Shown: positions 15,954 to 23,931 of the stretch, piece by piece
Numbering within the stretch: position 1 is the first letter of the stretch
How the letters are laid out: the number at the start of each line of letters is the position of its first letter
Assembly (NCBI RefSeq): GCF_019464535.1
Contig: NZ_CP080507.1
Location: forward strand, 150,001-182,000
Length of the DNA: 32,000 nt
Source: Horticoccus luteus
GTDB lineage: Bacteria; Verrucomicrobiota; Verrucomicrobiia; Opitutales; Opitutaceae
Reading direction: 5' to 3'
Translations under genes and position numbers: made by a program
The notes under the pieces: model-generated
Database searches by the model: none
The model's input: the letters and a program-made list of their open reading frames with translations, nothing else
Told to the model about the DNA's origin: nothing

Positions 15954-17000
15954 TCAACGGGCGGCGCGACGCTGGCGGAGGTGGTGGCCCAGGCGTTCGA
16001 GGGCGACGGCTACGACGATGGCGAGACCGATGATGACGAGGCGGTATTCCTGCGCGAGGCGAAGGATGAGAATGCCGTTCTCGATGAGCGCGATGATGAG
16101 CGTGCCGAGGAGCGCGCCGACGGCGGTGCCGCGGCCGCCGGCGAGACTGGCGCCGCCGACGACAGCGCCCGCGATGACGGTGAGTTCGTAGCCCGTGCCG
16201 GTGCTGGTGCTGGCGGTGCCGAAGCGACCGAGCGAGACCATGCCGGCGAGACCGGCGGAGAGACCGGAGAGGGCATACGTGCGCAGAAGGATGCGATTGA
16301 CGCGGAGACCGCTGAAGCGGGCGGCCTCGACGTTGCCGCCGACGGCGTAAGTCTCGCGACCGGCGACCATGAGATGGAGATAAATCCACCCGAGGGCGAT
16401 CGTGCCGAGCATGAGGAGGAGCGGCATGGGCTGGAGGCCGAACCACTCCACGCGCATGAAACGGGTGGTGAACGCCTCGGGCAGAAGCTGGCCGGCGGCG
16501 GGAAGCGTTTTCTGCGAAGGCAGGACGTTGGCCAGGCCGCGGAAGATGCTCATCGTGCCGAGCGTGACGATGAAGGGGTGGAGGTTGAGGCCGACGACGA
16601 GTCCGCCGTTGATCAAGCCGCAGGCGAGGCCGATCGCGAGCGGCACGAGCAACGCGACGGGGAGGACGAGCCAGGCGGACGCATCGGGCGGCAACGCCTG
16701 CAGGGCACCAGCGCCGCCGAGGGCGGCCAACGCCATGATCGCGCCGACGGAGATATCGATCCCGGCGGTGATGATGACCACGGTCGCCCCGACGGCCATG
16801 ATGGCGTAGTAAGACATCGGCGTGGCCACGCCGTCGATGAGGTTGTCGAAATTGAGAAACGTATTGGGATGCCCGGGACGAGCGTCGTGCCAGCCGTAGC
16901 CGGCGAGGATGAGGCCGAGCACGAGGACGACGAGGGCGAGGCCGACTTCCTGGGGGAGGGCGCGGCGGGCAGGTCGGGCTGCGGGGGCGGAAGGACTCAT
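15954..17000 (-). CDS. Sugar ABC transporter permease (CUT2, RbsC-like), 348 aa
   Basis: Only the 3' 1047 nt of the 649-aa track ORF look real. ATG 17000 gives MSPSAPAARPARRALPQEVGLALVVLVLGLILAG, followed by multiple TM helices and the CUT2 permease block VIITAGIDISVGAIMALAAL. The upstream extension is an Arg/Pro-rich artefact that overlaps the divergent gene. Confidence 0.9.
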   Translation of the reverse strand: MSPSAPAARPARRALPQEVGLALVVLVLGLILAGYGWHDARPGHPNTFLNFDNLIDGVATPMSYYAIMAVGATVVIITAGIDISVGAIMALAALGGAGALQALPPDASAWLVLPVALLVPLAIGLACGLINGGLVVGLNLHPFIVTLGTMSIFRGLANVLPSQKTLPAAGQLLPEAFTTRFMRVEWFGLQPMPLLLMLGTIALGWIYLHLMVAGRETYAVGGNVEAARFSGLRVNRILLRTYALSGLSAGLAGMVSLGRFGTASTSTGTGYELTVIAGAVVGGASLAGGRGTAVGALLGTLIIALIENGILILRLAQEYRLVIIGLAIVVAVALERLGHHLRQRRAAR

Positions 17001-17162
17001 GAAAGAAAGGGAAGAGGACCGAAAGCGGACGGCATTCGTGGACGGACTTGCGGGATTTGTCGCGCGCGAAGCATGGCAAAAGTAAAACGGGCTCAGCGCG
17101 GCGAAGGCGCGGGGGACACGCGGGCCTTGCATTGGGGGAGGCGGGCGTGTGTGTTCCGCGGG

Positions 17163-18122
17163 ATGCAACCGACGCTTCTCGTTCTCGCTGCGGGCATGGG
17201 CTCGCGTTACGGCGGCCTGAAACAAATCGATCCGGTGGGGCCGGGCGGGGAGACGGTGCTCGATTACGCGGTGTTCGATGCGTTGCGCGCGGGATTCGGG
17301 CGCGTGGTGTTCGTGATCCGGAGGGATTTCGAGGCGTTGTTTCGCGAACAGATCGGCGCGAAATACGCGGGGCGCGTGCCGGTGGATTACGTGTTTCAAG
17401 CGATCGACGCGCTGCCGGTGGCGGAGGCCGGCGGCAGCGGGCGCCCGGCGTATGCGGTGCCGGCGGGGCGGGAGAAACCGTGGGGCACGGGGCACGCGGT
17501 GTGGTGCGCGCGCGACGTCGTGCGGGAGCCCTTCGCGGTGATCAACGCCGATGATTTTTACGGCGCGGATTCGTTCGCGCAGCTCGGGCGGTTTCTGACC
17601 AGCCCGGCGGCGTCGCCGACGATCCATGGTTTCGATCCGATGTCGGGGCACAAGGCGCCGCCGCCGGAGCCGGCGGAGTTTGCGATGGTGGGTTTCCGGC
17701 TGGCGAACACGTTGTCGGAGCACGGCGCGGTGTCGCGTGGGATTTGTGCGGCGGGGGACGACGGGAAGCTGCGCTCGATCGAGGAGCACACGGGCATCCT
17801 GGCGAGCGAGGTGGGCGCGGGGAAGAAATACGGCGGGAGCGAAATCGTGTCGATGAACTGCTGGGGTTTTACGCCGGCGCTGTTCGCAGGGCTCGACGCG
17901 CAACTGCGGGAGTTTCTCGCGGCGCGCGGGGGCGAGGCGAAGTCGGAGTTTTATCTGCCGGCGGCGGTGTCGACGATGATCGCGCGCGGCGAGGCGACGG
18001 TGCGGGTGTTGCCGACGGAGAGTGCGTGGTTCGGCGTGACGTATCGCGAAGACAAGCCGCGCGTGATGGCGGCGATCGCGGCGCTGGTCGCGGCGGGCAC
18101 GTATCCGGCGAAGTTGTTCTGA
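17163..18122 (+). CDS. NTP-transferase-fold sugar-1-phosphate nucleotidyltransferase, 319 aa
   Basis: The true start is the internal ATG 17163 of the 759-aa track ORF. The N-terminal nucleotide-binding loop is LVLAAGMGSRYGGLKQ (GxGxR type), with later blocks PWGTGHAVWCARD and VINADDFYG. It is divergent from the ABC operon across a 162-nt intergenic region. Confidence 0.85.
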   Translation: MQPTLLVLAAGMGSRYGGLKQIDPVGPGGETVLDYAVFDALRAGFGRVVFVIRRDFEALFREQIGAKYAGRVPVDYVFQAIDALPVAEAGGSGRPAYAVPAGREKPWGTGHAVWCARDVVREPFAVINADDFYGADSFAQLGRFLTSPAASPTIHGFDPMSGHKAPPPEPAEFAMVGFRLANTLSEHGAVSRGICAAGDDGKLRSIEEHTGILASEVGAGKKYGGSEIVSMNCWGFTPALFAGLDAQLREFLAARGGEAKSEFYLPAAVSTMIARGEATVRVLPTESAWFGVTYREDKPRVMAAIAALVAAGTYPAKLF

Positions 18123-18205
18123 GGGTTATTCGTCACGGAAAAACGTCCAGCGACCGAACGGAGCGGGCGTGGGTCCGCGGATGATTGCCCGCACATTTTC
18201 AATTC

Positions 18206-20764
18206 ATGAAAACCAACGCGCTTGGGTGGCCGGTGTTGAAGACTTACACGGGCGAGAAGCTTGCGCGGGTGGCGATGCCGGTGGGCGGCATCGGGACGGG
18301 GACGGTGTCGCTGTGCGGGTGGGGCGCGTGGCGGCATTGGGAGGTGGCCAACCGGCCGGCGAAGGGTTTTACGCCGCTGGGCGAAGGGCGGAGCGGGCCG
18401 TTTTTCGCGGTGCGAGCGCAGCGCAAAGGCGAGGCGGCGGTCGCGCGGGTGCTCGAAGGGCCGTTGCCGTTCGGCGAATACGAAGGCGCGGAAGGCGCGC
18501 CGCGGGCGAATGCGGGCCTGCCGCGGTTTCGCACGGCGACCTTCGAAGCGGCGTATCCGCTGGGGTGCGTGCGGCTGCGCGACGCGGCGGTGCCGCTGGC
18601 AGTGACGCTGGAGGCGTTTAATCCGCTGATTCCGGGCGACAGCGAGCGCAGCGGACTGCCGGTGGCGCTGGTGCGGGTGCGGTTGCACAACGAAGGTCGC
18701 GCGCCGGTGGCCGCGGCGGTGTGCGCGGCGCTGCCGAACTTCATCGGCGCGGATGGGTTCGCGTTGGAGCTGGATGAATTTCGCGGGAATTTGCAGCCGA
18801 CGGGCGCAGTCAAAAACCGCAACGTGTGGCGGGACACGCGGGCGTTGCGCGGCGTGGCGCTGCGTTCGGAAGGCGTGGCGCCGGCGCATCCGGCGTGGGG
18901 CACGCTGGCGCTGGGGACAACGGCGCGCCGCGGGGTGACGCATCGCACGGCGTGGGCGGAGGGCGGTTGGAGCGATGCGTTGCTGGAATTCTGGGATGAC
19001 TTTGCCGCGGACGGGCGGCTGGAAGAGCGGGCGGCGGCGGCGGACTCGCCGAACGCGTCGCTCGCGGTGGAGGTGAACGTGCCGGCGCGGAGCGAGCGCA
19101 CGGTGGAGTTTTTAGTGGCGTGGCATTTTCCGAACCGGCCGGCGTGGGGCCATGGACCGAAAGGCGACGGGCCGCGCGTGGGGAATTTTTACGCGGCGAA
19201 ATTTGCCGATGCGTGGGCGGCGGCGGAGCACGCGGCGGCGGCGTGGCCGGGGCTGGAGCGCGAGACCGTGGCGTTTGTGCGGAGCGTGGTGGAGAGCAAT
19301 TTGCCGGCGGTGGTGCGCGAGGCGGCGCTGTTCAATTTATCGACGCTGCGGTCGCAGACGTGTTTCCGCACGGAGGACGGACGGTTCTTCGGTTGGGAGG
19401 GAATTTTCGACCGGCACGGGAGTTGTCACGGGAGTTGCACGCATGTGTGGAATTACGAGCACGCGACGGCGCTGTTGTGGCCGGACCTCGCGCGCTCGAT
19501 GCGGGAGACGGAGTTTTCGGCGTCTGCGTTGCGGGCGGACGGATTGATGTCGTTTCGCGTGGCGCTGCCCTTGGCGCCGGCGGCGGAGACGGCGGTCGCG
19601 GCGGCGGATGGGCAGATGGGGTGCCTCGTGAAACTGCACCGCGAGTGGCGCTTGTCGGGCGACACGGCGTGGTTGCGGACGCAGTGGCCGGGGGCGCGCA
19701 AGGCCCTGGAGTTTGCGTGGCTGCCTGGTTCGTGGGACGCGGATCAGGACGGCGTGATGGAGGGCTGCCAGCACAACACGATGGACGTGGAGTATTTCGG
19801 GCCGAATCCGCAAATGGCGTCGTGGTATCTGGCGGCGTTGCGCGCGGCGGAGGCGATGGCGCGGGCGTTGGGCGAGGAGGAATTCGCGGAGAAATGCCGG
19901 GGGTTGTTCGAGCGAGGGCGCGCGTGGGTGGCGGAGCATTTGTTCAACGGCGAATATTTCGAGCAGGAGGTGCGTCCGGCGGGCGACTGGAAGAACGTGC
20001 GGGCCGGGCTGGTGGTGGGAATGGGCGGGAAGAATGCGGCGGCGCCGGACTTTCAGCTCGGTGCGGGGTGTCTGATCGACCAGCTCGCGGGGCAACCGAA
20101 CGCGCATTTCGAGCGGTTGGGGCATGTGCTGGAGGCGGCGCAGGAGCGGCGGGCGTTGACGGCGGTGTTGCGGCACAACCGGCGGCGCGGGTTCGCGGAT
20201 CACTTTAATCACATGCGCAGTTTTGTGCTTGGGGAGGAGACGGCGTTGGTGATGGCGACGTATCCGCGCGGGGGGCGGCCGGCGCGGCCGTTTCCGTATT
20301 TCACGGAGGTGATGACGGGGTTCGAATACTGCGTGGCGGTGCACCTAGCGCAGGAAGGGCGGGAGGCCGAGGCGGTGCGGGTGGTGCGCGACATCCGCGC
20401 GCGTTACGATGGGCGGAAACGCAATCCGTTCGACGAGGCGGAGTGCGGTCACCACTACGCGCGGGCGCTGGCGAGTTGGGGCCTCGTGCCGGCGCTGACG
20501 GGATTTTTCTACGATGCGCGGTTGGGCGAGCTGGCATTTCAGGCGCCGAAGAAAGGCGTGCGCTGGCCGTGGGCGGCGGGCGGAGCGTGGGGGGAAGTGG
20601 CCCTTGTGCCGGGGCGGCGGGCGCTGCGCGTGACGGTGCGCGCGGGGGGCGGGAGGCTGAGCGTGCGGCGGCTCGCGATCGGAGGGGCGAGGAAGGAATT
20701 TTCGCGCGCGAAAACGCTCGCGCCGGGACGTCCGCTTTCGGTTGTAATGTCGTTTACCGCATGA
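18206..20764 (+). CDS. Glycoside hydrolase family 116 (GBA2-type beta-glycosidase), no signal peptide, 852 aa
   Basis: The N-terminal GH116 signature is ARVAMPVGGIGTGTVSLCGWG. Central blocks are WEGIFDRHGSCHGSCTHVWNYEHA and DQDGVMEGCQHNTMDVEYFGPNPQMASWYLAAL. C-terminal blocks are YFTEVMTGFEY and NPFDEAECGHHYARALASWG. ATG 18206 is preferred over TTG 18185. Confidence 0.88.
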   Translation: MKTNALGWPVLKTYTGEKLARVAMPVGGIGTGTVSLCGWGAWRHWEVANRPAKGFTPLGEGRSGPFFAVRAQRKGEAAVARVLEGPLPFGEYEGAEGAPRANAGLPRFRTATFEAAYPLGCVRLRDAAVPLAVTLEAFNPLIPGDSERSGLPVALVRVRLHNEGRAPVAAAVCAALPNFIGADGFALELDEFRGNLQPTGAVKNRNVWRDTRALRGVALRSEGVAPAHPAWGTLALGTTARRGVTHRTAWAEGGWSDALLEFWDDFAADGRLEERAAAADSPNASLAVEVNVPARSERTVEFLVAWHFPNRPAWGHGPKGDGPRVGNFYAAKFADAWAAAEHAAAAWPGLERETVAFVRSVVESNLPAVVREAALFNLSTLRSQTCFRTEDGRFFGWEGIFDRHGSCHGSCTHVWNYEHATALLWPDLARSMRETEFSASALRADGLMSFRVALPLAPAAETAVAAADGQMGCLVKLHREWRLSGDTAWLRTQWPGARKALEFAWLPGSWDADQDGVMEGCQHNTMDVEYFGPNPQMASWYLAALRAAEAMARALGEEEFAEKCRGLFERGRAWVAEHLFNGEYFEQEVRPAGDWKNVRAGLVVGMGGKNAAAPDFQLGAGCLIDQLAGQPNAHFERLGHVLEAAQERRALTAVLRHNRRRGFADHFNHMRSFVLGEETALVMATYPRGGRPARPFPYFTEVMTGFEYCVAVHLAQEGREAEAVRVVRDIRARYDGRKRNPFDEAECGHHYARALASWGLVPALTGFFYDARLGELAFQAPKKGVRWPWAAGGAWGEVALVPGRRALRVTVRAGGGRLSVRRLAIGGARKEFSRAKTLAPGRPLSVVMSFTA

Positions 20765-21885
20765 GCCACGCGCCGGTCTCTCCTGATTTCCCTGAAATTT
20801 TCCGTCAGTTTGCCGTGCGCGGGGAGCTGGCATCGGCGGGGCCGTTTGGCAACGGGCACATCAACGAGACCTACGTGGCGGTGGCGGCGGAAGGCGGGCG
20901 GGGCCGGCGCTACGTGTTGCAGAAAGTGAATCACCACATCTTCAAGAACGTGCCGGCGTTGATGGAAAACGTGCGGCGGGTGACGGAGCATGTGCGCGCG
21001 AAAGTGCGGGCGGCGAAAGGCGAGCAGGCGGCGGGGGAGACGTTGCGCCTGGTGCCGGCGGTGAGCGGGGCGGCGTTTGTACAGAGCGCGACGGGCGAGT
21101 TCTGGCGGTGCTACGATTTTATTGAAGGCGCGCACACGGTGGATCGCGTGACGAACGAGGCGCAAGCGCGGGAGGCGGCGCGGGCGTTTGGCGAATTTCA
21201 GGCGCAGCTCGCGGATCTGCCGGGCGGGCGGCTGCACGAGACGATCCCTCATTTCCACCACACGCGCAGCCGGTTCGAGGCGTTGCGGGTCGCGATCGCG
21301 GAGGATCGCGCGGGGCGGGCGAAGGACGTGGCGGCGGAGATCGAGTTCGCGTTGGCGCGCGAAGCGGATGCAGACGTGCTGCTCGCCCTGCTGGCGAAGG
21401 GCGAGATGGCGGAGCGCGTGACGCACAACGACACGAAGATCAACAACGTGATGCTGGGTGACACGACGGGTCAGGCCGTGGCGGTGATCGATCTCGACAC
21501 CATCATGCCGGGGCTGCCGCTCTACGATTTCGGCGAGATGGTGCGCACGTCGGCGAGTTCGACGTGGGAAGACGATCCCGAGGCGGGCAACATGCACGTG
21601 CGGCTGCCGTTGTTTCGGGCGCTGGTGGAGGGTTATCTGGGATCGGAGGTGGGGGCGGTGCTCAATGCCACGGAGCGCGCGCACCTCGGTTTCGCGGGGA
21701 AGCTGATGACCTACGAAAACGGGCTTCGTTTTTTGACGGATTTCCTGCAGGGCGACACGTATTACAAAATCAAGCATCCGCGGCACAACCTGGTCCGCAC
21801 GCGCACGCAATTCGCGCTGGTGCGGAGCATCGAGCGTGAAAGCGAAGCGATGGCGGCCATCGTGCGCGAAGTCGGCGGCGGCTGA
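20761..21885 (+). CDS. Anomeric sugar kinase of the APH/protein-kinase-like fold, NahK/LnpB (N-acetylhexosamine 1-kinase)-like, 374 aa
   Basis: The ATG overlaps the GH116 stop (ATGA at 20761-20764). Diagnostic blocks are GNGHINETYV, VLQKVNHHIFKN, FHHTRSRFEAL, VTHNDTKINNVM (catalytic loop), AVIDLDTIMPG (metal-binding Asp) and HPRHNLVRTRTQ. From memory, these co-occur along the full length of Bifidobacterium NahK. No alignment was computed. Confidence 0.85.
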   Translation: MSHAPVSPDFPEIFRQFAVRGELASAGPFGNGHINETYVAVAAEGGRGRRYVLQKVNHHIFKNVPALMENVRRVTEHVRAKVRAAKGEQAAGETLRLVPAVSGAAFVQSATGEFWRCYDFIEGAHTVDRVTNEAQAREAARAFGEFQAQLADLPGGRLHETIPHFHHTRSRFEALRVAIAEDRAGRAKDVAAEIEFALAREADADVLLALLAKGEMAERVTHNDTKINNVMLGDTTGQAVAVIDLDTIMPGLPLYDFGEMVRTSASSTWEDDPEAGNMHVRLPLFRALVEGYLGSEVGAVLNATERAHLGFAGKLMTYENGLRFLTDFLQGDTYYKIKHPRHNLVRTRTQFALVRSIERESEAMAAIVREVGGG

Positions 21886-22009
21886 CGTTGGCGCGCGCCG
21901 CGGCTGCGTTGCTGGGTCGGCGAACGCCGGCGGGAGCGGCGAGGGCGGCGAAGGGCGGAGCGGCAAAACGCGTTTGCGAAACGAGAGGGGAGTTCCACGT
22001 TGCGAAATC

Positions 22010-22849
22010 ATGCCTCGGATCATTCGCGCGCAGGACAATCGGAACGAACCATTGATCACCCCGGGGCGCCACGGGGCCACGTTGAGTTACTTCAACTTGA
22101 TCCGGCTCGCGGCGGGGCAGTCGCACACCTATGAAGCGGCGGATTGCGAGACGATCTGCGTGGTGTTGAGCGGGCGCGCGGAAATCGCGGCGGGCGGGCA
22201 GACGTTCGGCGGCATCGGCGAACGCGCGGATGTGTGGTCAGGGCCGGCGGATTCGGTTTATTGCGGAACGAGCGCGCGGGCGACCGTGCGGGCGTTGCGG
22301 GACGGCACGGAAGTCGCGGTCGCGGGCGGCATCTGCCGGCAACCCCGCGCGCCGTTTCATCTGCCGCCCGCGGAAGTCGAGCGGGTGGACGTGGGCTCGC
22401 TGGAGACGCACACGCGGCGAAGTCTCTTTCACGTGCTCGGGCACAACGCACGCGAGCGCACGTGCAACCTGCAGGTGTGCGAAATTTATCCCGCCGCGGG
22501 TTGCTGGTCCGGCGTGCCGCCGCACAAGCACGATACGGAACGTCCGCCGGAAGAGACGGATTTCGAGGAGATTTATCACTATCGCTTCCGGCCGGAGACA
22601 GGTTTCGGCGCCCAACTGATTTACGAACCCGACGGGACGTCGACGGCGGCCATGACGCGCCACGGCGACACCTACCTTGTGGACCGGGGTTATCATCCGA
22701 CGGTCACGGCGCCGGGTTATGAGGGTTATCTTTTTGCGATTCTCGTGGGGCGGCACCAGCGCTCGCTCGTGCCGTATTTCGATCCGGCGCACGGGCATTT
22801 GACGGCGGGCACGCCGGGGTTGGAAAAAATGCGGGCGAATCTCAAGTAG
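22010..22849 (+). CDS. KduI/IolB-family cupin (5-deoxy-glucuronate isomerase-like), 279 aa
   Basis: The internal ATG 22010 (MPRIIRAQDNRNE) is preferred, because the upstream part of the track ORF is a Gly/Arg-rich artefact. Cupin/IolB blocks are GVPPHKHD...EEIYHYRF.PETGFGAQLIY and HGDTYLVDRGYHPTVTAPGYEGYLFAILVG. Confidence 0.8.
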   Translation: MPRIIRAQDNRNEPLITPGRHGATLSYFNLIRLAAGQSHTYEAADCETICVVLSGRAEIAAGGQTFGGIGERADVWSGPADSVYCGTSARATVRALRDGTEVAVAGGICRQPRAPFHLPPAEVERVDVGSLETHTRRSLFHVLGHNARERTCNLQVCEIYPAAGCWSGVPPHKHDTERPPEETDFEEIYHYRFRPETGFGAQLIYEPDGTSTAAMTRHGDTYLVDRGYHPTVTAPGYEGYLFAILVGRHQRSLVPYFDPAHGHLTAGTPGLEKMRANLK

Positions 22850-22896
22850 GCGGCGGCTGGTGGCTTGGGGGGCGGAAAAGCGGGCGCGAATAAGAT

Positions 22897-23892
22897 GTGG
22901 GCAATTCCCTTTTGATTTCCCACGTTAACCGGCGAACCTCCCGGCATGAGCGACGCATGCAAGACCACTTCACTGGAAAACCCACCTGCATCCGCGGCGA
23001 CGTCGGCCCCGGCGCGGAGCAACGCGCCGCTCTTCAACACGATCACGAGCGACGACTGGAAGCGCTCGCTCGCCTCGGCGCGGCGGCAGCCCAATGCGGT
23101 GTCGGAACGGATTCGGACGGCGATCTCGTCCTCCTCGCCGACGACGAAGTAAGCCTGCTCGAAGGGGCGGGCGGAGAATGGGCGGCGCTGGGTGCGGCGA
23201 TTCACCATTTCCGCGAGTTGCTGCCGTTGCGGGAGCTGGCGGATTTCGGTTTCGCCGCGGGTGCGGAAAATCCGCTGGAGGAACCGAACGAGCAGTTGCG
23301 GCGCATCGGCGGCGGGGTGGAAGCGTGGGCGTTTCTCGCGCCGGCGGATGGCGGCTCGGTGTATAAATTTTTTCTGCCGCGGGAGCTGCGCAGGATCGGC
23401 AGTGCGTTTGGTTTCCAAGCCGGAGAAGAGTCCACGCTGCTGGCGGAGGCGACGCTGGGGGATTACCGCGCGTTGCTGGAGAAACTGCTCCTCATCCACG
23501 CGCTCGACGGGATGGCGACGGAGGTGATCGGGGTAACGACCGAAGGCGTGCTGGTGGCGAAGCAAGTGCTGGGCGAGCCGCTGCCCCAGGGCGAGGATGT
23601 CTCCCGCGTGCTGCCGGCGGGGTTGATTGAAATCCCGTCGCGTTTTCTGCGGGCGAACCGCGATCATCCGCGGCTGTTTTTTCTCCGCGGGCAGGCGTTT
23701 CTCGTCGCGGATCTCCATGCGAGGAACTTCGTGCGCGGCGCGGAGGGGGCGTTGCACGTGATCGATCTGGTGGCGGCGCCGTGGCCGCGGGCGTGGCTGG
23801 AGCGGCAGCCGCTGATGGCGGACTGGCTGGAGCGCGTGCGGGCGGATCCGGGAGCGACGCTGCTGGCGCCCGCGCGCGACGAAGATTTGTAG
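22897..23892 (+). CDS. Hypothetical protein with protein-kinase-like (Kdo/WaaP/RIO-type) catalytic motifs; 5' end uncertain or possibly frameshifted
   Basis: From about 23150 onward the frame has strong G/C third positions. Motifs are GGSVYKFFLPRE (Lys in a VxK-like context), FLVADLHARNFVR (D-L-H-x-x-N catalytic-loop-like) and, 10 residues later, LHVIDLV (metal-binding Asp-like). The first about 80 codons look poorly coding, while the overlapping frame 22946-23152 looks better (see findings). Confidence 0.6.
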   Translation: MGNSLLISHVNRRTSRHERRMQDHFTGKPTCIRGDVGPGAEQRAALQHDHERRLEALARLGAAAAQCGVGTDSDGDLVLLADDEVSLLEGAGGEWAALGAAIHHFRELLPLRELADFGFAAGAENPLEEPNEQLRRIGGGVEAWAFLAPADGGSVYKFFLPRELRRIGSAFGFQAGEESTLLAEATLGDYRALLEKLLLIHALDGMATEVIGVTTEGVLVAKQVLGEPLPQGEDVSRVLPAGLIEIPSRFLRANRDHPRLFFLRGQAFLVADLHARNFVRGAEGALHVIDLVAAPWPRAWLERQPLMADWLERVRADPGATLLAPARDEDL

Positions 23893-23931
23893 CCGGCGCG
23901 GGGCGCGAGAGCGAAACGCGCCAGCGGCGGT

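Noticed and set aside
15843-17162. N-terminal 440 codons of the 759-aa plus-strand ORF, and likewise nt 17001-17903 of the 649-aa minus-strand ORF.
   Set aside because: These extensions overlap the real permease and nucleotidyltransferase genes on the opposite strand and are acidic or Arg-rich low complexity. Internal ATGs (17163 on plus, 17000 on minus) give complete family-typical proteins and a sensible divergent intergenic region.
21963-21977. Imperfect palindrome GCAAAACGCGTTTGC upstream of the IolB-like gene, considered as an operator.
   Set aside because: The arms are only 5 bp (GCAAA/TTTGC) and asymmetric around the centre. No regulator is encoded nearby and no second copy occurs in the window, so it is not distinguishable from chance.
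23095-23155. Programmed -1 ribosomal frameshift site at the frame switch in the kinase-fold gene.
   Set aside because: No X XXY YYZ slippery heptamer or obvious downstream pseudoknot was found in the interval, only the tcg tcc tcc tcg run. An indel, a mutation or separate genes are more likely than recoding.
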